A stretch of DNA of 64,000 nt, taken from positions 80,556,374 through 80,620,373 of the forward strand of contig NC_068985.1 in the NCBI RefSeq assembly GCF_001194135.2, given 5' to 3'. The position numbers and the translations under genes were made by a program. The stretch comes from Octopus bimaculoides (lineage: Eukaryota). Below, piece after piece: positions 52,703-64,000 of this stretch (the stretch's first letter is position 1; the number at the start of each line of letters is the position of its first letter). The notes below the pieces were generated by a model. The model made no database searches, had not been told where the DNA came from, and saw only the letters and a program-made list of their open reading frames with translations.

Positions 52703-53270
52703 CTCTGAAAGTTATTAACATTTACAGTCACCAATACTTGTAAGAAATTCTGATGCTATGTCATTATTTGTCAAAGTAGTTACATTGCTTTTTGTGTGTG
52801 TTTGCATACAGACATGCAAACATACACTCATAAAAACCACACAAATATGTGCACATACAAACATGGACATATACGCACACACATATACACATACATACAC
52901 AAATATATACATGCAACTCACAAGTGATCCAATACCATTAGTTTCATAAATCTGCTTTTACTTAGCAGGCTTTCAAGCATCTTGTTGTTTTACATCACTC
53001 TGTTTCCATGTATCTATTTATCTCTATGTGGTTATCTATCTGTCTGTTTTCTGTCTATCTTTCCCTTTCTTTTTTTTTTTTTTTCTTGCTTATTCAGCTG
53101 TCTCACCTCTTCCCTCCCACTCCTCTTTATCTTCATCCTCTCTCTGACTGTTCTTAATGTGGTTGTCCAATCTGTTTTCATTTCGATATCTTATTTATAT
53201 TAGCAACTATATTGTGTTCCTTTAATAACGAACCTGTTTAGCTTGTCATAAGTATGCACGTATGCATGTA

Positions 53271-53315
<45 letters not shown>

Positions 53316-53408
53316 ATGCACACATTTTAAACATATATATATTTTATTTACATTATTTACATTTGATGGGCATTTGTCCTCATCTTAACCACTACACCAT
53401 ATGCCCAT

Positions 53409-53715
53409 GGGCATATGGCATAGTGGTTAAGAGCATGGGCTACTAACCTCAAGATTCCGAGTTCGATTCCAGGCAGTGACCTGAATAATAATGATAATAA
53501 TACTACTACTAATAATAATAATAGTAATAACAACAACATCGAAAAATGGCTTAGGAATGAGAATCCATGTTCGAAATTTCCCCAAGACACCTGATAAAGG
53601 CTGGAGGGTATATCAGCTGAAATGTCGTGTTAACAACAAACAAGATGAGGACAAATATCCGTCAAATGTAAATAATGTAAATAATGTACATAATTCCTCA
53701 TCTCTTAAATATAGA
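53409..53715 (+). mobile_element. tRNA-headed SINE-like element (family E) with an (AAT)n linker and a hammerhead-bearing tail
   Basis: A-box TGGCATAGTGG, B-box GAGTTCGATTCC; hammerhead fold at 53586-53631; (AATGTAAAT)n-like tail. Confidence 0.75.
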
Positions 53716-54023
53716 ACTGTAATGTATATATGTATTCCATACATAATCAGGCATGTGTGTTTGTGTGTGTATAAAAAATACAAAATAGGACAAGAGCGTA
53801 AAACATCCGGACAGTTAGGTGATACAAAAATGAGACAACAAAACATCCAGATAGACAATACAAAGAAAGCAAGGACGGGTCATTTGAAGTTTTCTTTCCT
53901 CGGTCGAGTACCAGATTATCTTCGCAATTTTGGCTGATCATACTCAAGATTGCCCTAACCTGGCCAGCCCCAAGGAAAAACTAAGCTAAGAGCATTAGAT
54001 TCCTTGGAAGAAAGCAGCGAATG

Positions 54024-54047
<24 letters not shown>

Positions 54048-54054
<7 letters not shown>

Positions 54055-54151
54055 AAAGAAAGAAAAGGATAAAGAGACCAATGGCAAAGTTAGAATTATA
54101 TTATTCTAACTTTGCCATTGGTCTCTTTATCCTTTTCTTTCTTTATACATA
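54048..54151. repeat. Perfect inverted repeat, 49-bp arms and 6-nt loop
   Basis: TATGTATAAAGAAAGAAAAGGATAAAGAGACCAATGGCAAAGTTAGAAT-tatatt-reverse complement, checked base by base. Confidence 0.95.
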
Positions 54152-55380
54152 CACACGCTAATACACGACCAATGTTATATTCCCCACTTATGTTGCTACA
54201 ACGACAGGGGCTAAACTAGTCGGTACACAGTACTTACTCGGTATTACCTGTATCGTTAGGGTTTGGTTGACTCCAATACCCTTCATAACCTTTATATATA
54301 TATATATATATATATATAAGCATAATGCAACCATTTGGTTAAGAAGTTTGCTTCCCAACCACATGGTTGACAATTCAGTTACACAGTGTAGTACCTTGGG
54401 CAAGTGTCTTCTCCTACAATACTTGGTTAACCAAATCCTTGTGAGTGGATTTGACATGTAGAAACTGAAAGAAGCCCATAGTATGTGTGTGTTTGTGTAC
54501 ACAAACACACATATACAATGGGCTTCTGATTTCTTTCTTTCAGATAAAGAACTAATTTTTTGATTACTCCCCGTTTGAACTATGCATTCAGTATATCTGT
54601 TTGCCCATGAAATTAATGCATTTGATTGGTTCTAGCTTATATATACTCTTCCACCATTTCTAAATTCCTCAAAGTCAGCATTCTATATATTTAAAATTTT
54701 TTCACTGAATTGTCATGTTTCACCAAATTTTTGGTGGTTTATCACCTAAAAAGTTTATCATCAAAGTTATATTATTATCTCAAGAAGTAGCATTTTATAA
54801 AAACATGAACTTGGATAAAGTTACATGAGATTGCATGTTGTTACGTGTCTAGTGATATAATGAACTCAAGTTCTAAATAAATTTCACTAAGGAAACATAT
54901 GTAATAATATTTCAAATACCCATTCATTTTATCCTTATAAGTATGAATTACACTGACATTAAATATACCAATTATTGTTTTGATACATGCTTGAGTTTAC
55001 AGGATAACTGATACCAGTGTACTGCCTGTACTACCCTTCCAACTCTGTACTGACTTGAGATTTGAATTGTTAAATTACTTGGAATATTCGAAATGAACTA
55101 TCTAGCCAAAACATGCGTGTGCTCTGCTGTTGATTTGCTTTTGATATGATTTAATTCATTCACACCTATTTTACTCTGTGTGTGTGTGTGTGCATCTCTT
55201 TGATTTGGATCATGCAATAGTTAAAAAGCATAGCCATCATACAAATGGTGTTTTTTTTTATTTCCATTCTTCCATGGAAATGTGTTTGACTGTCTGACCT
55301 TGCTTGAAAGCAGGTGAGGATTGCCATAGGAAATCTACCTCAGTAAATTTTATGTATGTATGTATGTATGTATGTACGTA

Positions 55381-55416
<36 letters not shown>

Positions 55417-55429
55417 CATGCGTGTGTGC

Positions 55430-55486
<57 letters not shown>

Positions 55487-58400
55487 GAATTATTTTATAT
55501 TGATATGTATATCAATAAAATAAATATTGATTTCAAAATGATGTTGATTTTTATCCCCAATCAGTCATAATCAAGTACACCTCTTATAAATGATATTCCA
55601 TTTCTAACCATTCTTTCTTTTCTGTGTACAGACATAATGTTTTTAGGTTTGCAGTATCCAATGTATCCGTCCTTAAGGATATTAGGGTGATTTAGATGCT
55701 ATTTCTAGCTCTTTGAGTGACTCATTGAAGCTTGCTCTTTGGGTCACTGCATTGGTGCTGATTCAGTTGACATTCTGCACATCCATATCCATTTTACATT
55801 CTCCTTCGCATCCATCATGTGTAAAATAATCTCTAGTAATATACTTATGTCAACTTTGTCTTTGGTTATCTACCAATGTTGATATACTAAAAATATGTAA
55901 TATAGATTTGCATTTTCTGAAAATGGTAAAAAAATAAAGAAAAAGCGAAAGAAATTACTATTTCTTGAATCCTTTCCTGAGCAAGTTTTTAGAATCAGAA
56001 AGCAGTAAAAGACTCACAAAAGAAGGCAGCTTACCTACATCAGATGTCAAAAGTGTTGTGCTTTGAAAACATCTTGCTTAGTCAAATGTTTCCTAAAATG
56101 TTTTGTACTTAGCTGCATTACAGTAGTTACAGATTACAAGAAGCAGTTACGTGGAAGCAGACGTAAGAAAAGAATTTGTTACATGCATAGAAGAGCTGAT
56201 TCAAGCAAAGAGCTGATTAGAAAGCAATAACAACAAAATAACCCTCCAAAAAACCAGAAGAGCATTTAGTAAAGCCTATTAGATCTGTCCAGTCCATGGT
56301 AGCAACCATAAGTTATATCGTTAATTATTTTTCTTGAATCTCTTCACTTAACCTATTTCTCTTGGACAACTTCCTTACAATCACATAAGCCCTACTTCCA
56401 TATTTATCTTGCTTTTCTCTGCTTTGAATGATGTATTACATTTGCTCTCATCATATATACCATCTAAAATATTGATGCTTGAAAACTTCTGAAATATTAA
56501 TATTTATACAAAGCCATATCTATATCCATACATGTTCAGTCTTGCTGTAAAATACAACTAGTGGTTAAGTCACATGTTCCTTATTGCTGCTTGGAATCAA
56601 CTAGTTTTGCTTGGATCGAACTGACTAGTTCTATTATTTTTATTTTTTTATGACCAGGACTCTCCCTTTCAAGCTACTGAACATTAGTTACTACTTATTA
56701 AAATGTAAATGAAATTGTGCCATAATGGTATAAGATTGACAACCTAGAATTAATTACAAGAATACAAAGTACAGTATGGATTATGAAAAATATGTATTTC
56801 TAGTTATAATATGTATGTGTTTATTCTTGTGGGGAAATTAGTCTCTGTGATTTATGGTTATATCAATTTTTTTTGGCAGCTTGCATGAAGATGGAACTGA
56901 CTAGTTTCGCCATCTCTATGGTTCATTAGCATTTGCTTCAAACCTTGGAGCAGTCAAACAGTATATACTCTGTCTTAAATGGAATAAGCAAAGAACATCA
57001 CAAGTAGGATAATGATTAAAAGGAGACTATCTCTTGTATGGACAATAGAATGAGAACAATCTATCCTTATGGATTTAATACAGGATTTGATTCTAAATTC
57101 CAAGAATACAATAAGCATTGAATACAATAAGCACCTGAAAAAGGCCAGAGGGTACAATGGACGGAATATGTGACTATAGCAATGAAGATGGGGATGCTAG
57201 TATAGATATATAATTGTGGTGAAGTGGTATCGAAGAGAGAGATTTTTTATGGATAAGCCTGGAAAGACTGAGAAAAAGTCAGAGCAATGAACTATACAGG
57301 TATCAAGAAGAGAACTAGACATTAAGTTTGCATAGGATTTGAATCCTATGTAAACTTGATGTCATGAGGTGTATTGGATAACAAAGAAATGTATCAGTCT
57401 AATGAAAATATCATTGGAGATAAGTGTACACAAACGTATGAAAGTAGAGAAAGCAGCTAGACCTGTGGTACCATTAGAGCCCTTTGATTCCTATTTTACT
57501 TGGGTGGATCCTCATTGCCATTCAATGTTTAAAAAATCTTATATTTTTATAATTAATATTTATAAGAATTGTATTTAAAAAATTGATAAAATATTTTGTG
57601 TATTGGAGAAGTATAACCAATTTATTGCACATAAATATTTACAGCAAAATCTCATATGGATCCCCAAGAATCATATGGACCCTAGTTGAGAACCACTGAG
57701 CTAGACAGCTGATGATAGTTGCTGAGATACTGGAAGTATCTAATATAGTAGGATATGTGCTATTTACTTACATATTCAATCAGGTACTGCATAAAGGTTT
57801 ATATTTAATGGCAGTTATAGCAGAATCATCATCAACAGTTATAAGAACAAAGGAGATACTCTAGAAAGAAGCAACTGCATTGACATCAAATTAATGGGTC
57901 AGGGTTACAAAAGAAACATGAAGTGTTATAGGACTACTGATTAGGAAGCAAATTAACTTAGATGAGATTTATTTTGTCTAGTGTGGTAACGATTCTATCA
58001 GCTTGCCGCCTTAAAGTAGTAAAATATTAATATCAGTTTTGATGGCTAAAAAATTTGAATAAAATGTTTATTTTCATTTAAAGTATTTGAATTTAATGTT
58101 CTTTGGTTAAATATTAAAACGATTTATTCTAGTAAAAGAAAGAAAAAGAGGAAGTTTTTTTTTTTTAATCAAAAATATGGTGCCATTACCACAACCAATT
58201 TAATTGGTTTAGAGCCTATGAGTGAAGGTATGTAACCTGATGGTTAAGGTATTGGGCTCATGATAATTAGATAGTATATTCAATTTGTAGATTAAGCCAT
58301 ATGTTGTGTCATTTAGCAAGGTACTTCATTGCTTTAGTTTATTCATCTGAAAATTAGTACCAGTGTCTCCTAAGTGTTAACCCTGCAATGTAATAGTTCC

Positions 58401-58696
58401 ATGTTCTGCAGAGAGAGTACATGACTCACAACAAAATGAAAGGTCTGTACTCCCAACCAAACATCTTGAAAATCCAGATAAGTGCTGGTCTCATGAGCCT
58501 ACAAGCTTCTAAAATCTGTGAAATAGTAATTAAAAGCATTGACACTATATTAAGGAGAAAAAAAGAAATAATTTCAAGCATGGCCTAAGGATATTGTTTG
58601 CCTATGTAGGAAAGATGATCTTGGGATGTGATTGGAGAATATAAACACAAAAATAAATGTGGAAAGTAGAAATGTTGTCTCTAGATATCTGAATAA

Positions 58697-59760
58697 ACAT
58701 CATCATCATCGTTTAACGTCTGCTTTCCATGCTAGCATGGGTTGGACGATTTGACTGAGGACTGGCAAACCAGATGGCTGCACCAGGCTCCAATCTGATC
58801 TGGCAGAGTTTCTACAGCTGGATGCCCTTCCTAATGCCAACCACTCTGAGAGTGTAGTGGGTGCTTTTATGTGCCACCGGCACGAGGGCCAGTCAGGTGG
58901 TACTGGCAATGGCCACGCTCAAATGGTGTATTTTACATGCCATCTACACAGGAGTCAGTCCAGCGGCACTGGCAACGACCTCGCTCGAATGTTTTGTTCA
59001 CGTGCTGCTGGCACAAGTGCCAGTAAAGTGACTCTGGTAATGATCAAGCTCAAATGGTGTTTTTTACGTGCCACTGGCATGGAAGCCAGACAGCTGCTCT
59101 GGCAATGATCCTGCTCCGAAGGTGCTGTTAGCGCTCCACTGGCACGGGTGCCAGTCATTGAATTTGGTTCAATTTCAATTTCACTTGCCTCAACAGGTCT
59201 TCGCAAGCAGAGTTTAGTGTCCAAAGAAGAAAAGGTACACATAAGTGAGCTGACTACACCCCTGGTAAAAGCCATGGGTTATAGTCTCACTTGTCTTGCT
59301 GGGTCTTCTCATGCACAGCATATTTCCAAAGGCCTCGGTCACTAGCCATTGCTTCAGTGAGGCCTAATATTTGAAGGTCGTGCTTCACCACTTCATCCCA
59401 GGTCTTCCTGGGTCTACCTCTTCCACAGGTTCCCTCAACCACTAGGGTGTGGCACTTTTTTACACAGTTATCCTCATCCATTCTTGCCACATGACCATAC
59501 CAGTGCAATCATCTCTCTTGCACACCACAACTGATGCTTCTTAGGTCCAACGTTTCTCTCAAGGTACTTACACTCTGTCAAGTATGCAAACTGACATTAC
59601 ACATCCATCAGAGCATACTGGCTTCATTCCTTGTGAGCTTACACATGTCCTCAGCAGTCACGGCCCATGTTTCACTACCATGTAACATGGCTGTTTGTAC
59701 ACATGCATCATACAGTCTGCTTTTTACTCTGAGCGAGAGACCCTTTGTCACCAGCAGAGA
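58697..59760 (-). mobile_element. 5'-truncated RTE LINE with a long structured 3' tail and (GAT)n end
   Basis: RVKSRLYDACVQTAMLHGSETWAVT and WYGHVARMDEDNCVKKC...GRGRPRKTWDEVVKHDL followed by about 580 bp of family C tail. Confidence 0.88.
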
Positions 59761-61669
59761 AACTATTTTACCATATATAGTAGGAGGCCACATAACACTG
59801 AAGTTTTATGATATTTCTCTAATGACAAATTTTAATTATTTCTTCTATAAGTCTTAACAGTTTTACTGCTGCCTATTATGGTGTTTTGTATTTGGCATAT
59901 TGCAAATGTTGTTTCAAGTACTGACTCTATGATTTAATAGTGATTTCACTCTGCTGTCTCACCAGTGTGGTTGTTGAAATATTTTCATTTGAATGTAGCA
60001 TTTCAAATACAAATAATGCAGGGATGAGAACATTTTCTGAAGAGAACTGTTTACATTGAAATCAAGACTGTTGCTTACATCTCCATCCATGTCTGTATAT
60101 ATAGCTATAGATGATGTAAAAAAAAACAAAAAAGAAAACAAAAAAAAAGCCAGTTATATCTATTTAGCATTAAGCACAAAATAAACAGAATACCAGCATA
60201 GCTATTTAGGAAAATATTTTAATTCTTTTGTTTATCATTAGAAAGATGGTGGCAGTGGTTATGGTTGTAGAGGCAGTGATGAAAACAACAAAGTGTTACT
60301 TTTCTTAAGGTACCTAATTATTTTGCTAATATTGTTTAGGAATTTTTTGTATTCTAAGCAAGAAAGTAAAAGTTTCTTAATAACAACATCATTGCTTTGT
60401 CTCTGAGAGTGATTGGTAACTTCTCAACAAAATTATTCAGATGCTTTTGAAATTGAATGGAAGTAATAAAATTGGAGTTTAAAGGATTTAAATGATTATC
60501 TAGCTTGTATACTAGTTCTCATTTGAAATACTTTTCTCACCAGAGAATTCTTTCAAGATACAAGTTCAAATGATTATGGAAAATAAATATTTTACCTCTG
60601 CAAAATCAATAACATAATAAATATTTTTCAAATATTAATTAGCAAAAAGAAAAATGATACATAGTCTCTAAAATGTATTGATTTTTAACTTTGATTTTGA
60701 AATGACAGAAGCTGGTATTGAGAAAGTAATAATAGACTGATGTTTTGCTTTTGTTCTTGTACTCATACATTGATGATCTGATAGGCTTCATAATGATATA
60801 GCAAAATAAAATTGCACCGATTGAAGTTAATTGTTAATCATTGATTAGCTTGGAGTGGAAACAGAATCGTGTTAGAATTGTGATTAGTAGTTAGGATATG
60901 ATCAATTCTACAGGCCCTTTTCAATTAACTTTGCCTTCAAACTGAGCTACAAATAGTAGCATTAGTATCTTTTGAGTTCCCACAAAAATAATTTTGAATT
61001 ATGAATTTTTGTTTTTTGTTTCAAATACATGTGTCAGAAAACAACAAAATATTGGATATTAGATACTAAAAATAGTGATTTCAGTGTTTGGAGAAGCTGT
61101 GTAATAAAAAAAAAAATCACTATACCTATTATTTTGTTAGCATTTCTCTATCATTTAACATCTATTTAACTCATTTCATCTCAGTTTAACTGACAGATAT
61201 TGTTACTAAGACACCAGCCACCTGATTTGACAGCTGTGTACTTGTGATTGGTGTTAGGTTAACTCATTTACTTATTATAGGGTGGTGCTGATGGGTATAG
61301 GTTTGCTGTTTTGTCAGTTTTATACTATTACTAGTGTTGGATTAGTAGTGTCTTTTCAACCCAGGTGCAGAAAGATTATCAGATTTACAACTAATATATC
61401 TCACAAAAATCTCAGCTTCATAGATAAAAATGAAAAAATAATTAGAGATGCCACAAAATTAGGAATATGACTGAGGAGCTAATTTATTGTAATTGAATTT
61501 AAAAAAAAAAGAAAAAAACATGGAAAGTCTGCTGCAAAAAATATAGAGAAGTTTCAAAAAAATTAAAAACAACCCCCACTTATGTTGAGTAACTGAAGGG
61601 ATTTAATAAATGTAGAATTGAGTGAAACTGAAGAGTTCAAGAATTTTAGAATATTTTCAGTCTGCTTGT

Positions 61670-61925
61670 ATTCTTTTACTTTTATTCTTTTATTTGTTTC
61701 AGTCATTAGACTGTGGCCATGCTGGGGCACCACCTTGATTAATTTTAGTTGAATGAATCGACCCCAGTACTTATATTTATTTTTTTAAAAACCTGTTACT
61801 TATTCTATCTTTTGCTGAACTGCTAAGTTACAGGGACATAAACACACCAACACTGGTTGTCAAGTAGTGGTGAGGGACAAACACACACACACACACGATG
61901 GGATTCTTTCAGTTTCTGTCTACTA
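61670..61925 (-). mobile_element. SINE family A 3' half
   Basis: Reverse-complement match to the family A body. Confidence 0.75.
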
Positions 61926-62634
61926 AATCTAGTTTTTCTCTGAGTATTTCTAGTATTTTTTTTTTATCAATTTCATGAGAATCACCTCTACAAATGACAG
62001 TATGTTTTTTGAGCCAATGAGGGATCCTCTCCAGGGTCGATTGGTCTACTAGAAATAGCAGCCAAATTTCCCATAAATCACACCCTATTGTTCAAAGAAT
62101 AAGGAAGGATACATTGGAGAATGTAGATAAACTCTGAATAAAAGATGGGATGCTGATCATACTCCTTCTAGTCTGATGAGTGTTTACCTGGGACTAAACA
62201 GCAACAACAACAGCATGTTTCTAATTGATAGGCTCTAAACAGCAGCATCAAATTTTTAATTGGTTTGTTGTTAAAGAGCTATCACTTACAAATATTTACT
62301 GCTCGTTAAATAAATATTTCATGAATCTCACATTTCTTGCTTCACAGTTTCCAAGTTCAAACTTATTTTTATTCTATTTTGTACAATATTATAACAATAT
62401 TCATAATTTAATATGCTTTTGGTGGGAACTCAAAAAAAAAATAGCAAATGGTTCTATTTCTAGCTTAGTTTAAAGGTAAATTTGTTTTAGCAAGTGCTAA
62501 TACTATTATTTTAGATTGATTACCACACTTCCTGATTTTTTGTTTCATATTTACCACGGTTGTATGTGGAAAGAAATTTCTCATAGCCAAATATGCTGCC
62601 TTTATCACAATGATTTTAATATATATAGGTTTGA

Positions 62635-63000
62635 TAGGTGTGGCTGTGTGGTAAGAAGCTTCCTTCCCATCCACATGGTTCTGGGTTAAGTCCCACTGTA
62701 TGGAACCTTGGGCAAGTGTTTTCTGCTATAGCCTTGGGCTGACCAAAGCCTTTTGAGTGGATTTAGTTGAGGAAACTGAAAGAAGCTCATTTTATATATG
62801 TGTATGTGTTTGACCAAACCACGGTGTTGGTTTGTTTATGTCCCCTTAACTGAGCAGTTCAGCAAAAAGAGACTGATAGAATAATTGTCAGGCTTCAAAA
62901 AAAAAAATAAGTATTGGGATCTATTCATTCAAATGAAAGTTCTTCAAGGCAGTGCCCTAGCATGGCCACAGTAAAATGACTGAAACACATAAAAGATAGA
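62635..63000 (+). mobile_element. SINE family A, older copy
   Basis: GGTGTGGCTGTGTGGTAAG head through AAATGACTGAAACA tail. Confidence 0.8.
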
Positions 63001-63639
63001 AAATTAAGGACACTATTTCTTAGACTGAATTCGTAAATCATCAGAAACAATTTAATGTCTCTGGTAGGATATTTAATAAAGAAATATTTCTTGGCTGTAG
63101 CATTCTCTCACTATCTTTTTTGAGGATTAATAAATATTTAGTCATTTAAATAACAATATATATTTAGACTAAATTAATTAAAAAAAAATGTCAAGATCTC
63201 ACTTCTGTTCAAAACATGAATACTACAGAACACTATAAAATATTCTTGTTTCCCATCTTCTCTCCTCTAAATTTTTACATCTGTATGTACTACCAATGAT
63301 TTTAAGTTGTTTTTAATTTTTAAAAGATCTTTTCCAAAATTGTACAGAATCTATTTAAGAATATGTTGATGTTTTTTGGGGTAGTTTTCAAGTCTAAATT
63401 TATCACTCATAGGATCTGTTGGTTGTAGGCTAATCTGAAGTTGCTCTTAAATATAAATAATTTTCTTTATGAATTAATGATAGAATTTTCTTACAAATCC
63501 TTAAAGTTTATATCTAGAAAAGTGAACTTACTATGTACAAGATCTAAAAATATGACTCTTCAACCTATCTTATATCTCTAGAGTGGTCCAGAAAATATTA
63601 TTAAACATATTTTGAGAAATCATTTAATAATATATGCAA

Positions 63640-63707
63640 AATTGTGTGTGTGTATGTGAATGTGTGTGTGTATGTGCGCATGCACTTACATATCCATATG
63701 TATACAT

Positions 63708-63748
<41 letters not shown>

Positions 63749-63780
63749 CTTATAGATATATACACATATACACACATATG

Positions 63781-63812
<32 letters not shown>

Positions 63813-63829
63813 CATATGTATATACACAC

Positions 63830-63870
<41 letters not shown>
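63640..63870. repeat. Compound (TG)/(CA)/(TA) microsatellite
   Basis: Direct reading. Confidence 0.95.
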
Positions 63871-63872
<2 letters not shown>

Positions 63873-63878
63873 GTAGTA

Positions 63879-64000
63879 TATTGCCACTTAAGTGTGGCTG
63901 ACCCCTAGGGGTGGATGTTACTGTTGCTTTTAGCCCCAGGAGGACATCTCCTCCAGCTGGCTTATCGACACACGACTGTGTCCTGTTTGCCAAGGGAGTT
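63879..64000. mobile_element. Left arm of a fold-back MITE related to 12616-12934, cut by the window edge
   Basis: Shares ATGTTrCTGT...TTArCCCCAGGAG.ACATC..CTCCAGCTGGCT. Confidence 0.55.

Noticed and set aside
50250-56170. Series of possible plus-strand alternative terminal exons (50250, 50607, 52355, about 55990, 56114)
   Set aside because: Phases are inconsistent and the peptides short; such candidates are expected by chance in AT-rich DNA.
60079-60597. Minus-strand micro-exons giving ...CYIYRHGWR, resembling the RHGxRxP acid-phosphatase motif
   Set aside because: Trp at the x position is atypical, there is no supporting downstream exon, and the motif is short enough to be chance.
62165-62210. 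CTGATGAG-TGTTT...AAACA-GCAAC as another hammerhead
   Set aside because: Lacks GAAA and stems I/III; lies within the decayed end of a common repeat.

Overview
This is a draft-assembly eukaryotic window: AT-rich, with eight N-gaps and abundant (TA)n/(CA)n/(GA)n/(CAT)n microsatellites. The repeat families look like those of Octopus or another coleoid cephalopod (inferred from recalled repeats, not searched). The only gene I can firmly identify is PSMD2/Rpn1 (26S proteasome regulatory subunit). Its first three coding exons lie on the minus strand (10069-10152, 3085-3141, 973-1137) and the gene continues off the left edge. Most of the rest is transposon-derived: several tRNA-derived SINE families, decayed RTE LINEs, a young 5'-truncated R4/Dong element in a (TAA)n tract, mariner remnants, and pogo-, hAT-, piggyBac-like and fold-back MITEs. 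The most notable observations are: (i) type I hammerhead-ribozyme folds of the Penelope-associated kind in three different repeats, including one near-complete copy (26297-26381, minus) and one carried by a tRNA-headed SINE-like element (53409-53715); (ii) an orphan CpG-rich NRF1-ETS-NRF1 promoter-like palindrome at about 28.5 kb; (iii) a putative divergent transcript with an RFX X-box opposite PSMD2; (iv) several long inverted repeats; and (v) orphan candidate exons I could not assign. There is no CRISPR, rRNA or bona fide tRNA gene, and nearly all ORF-track entries are microsatellite, gap or repeat artefacts.
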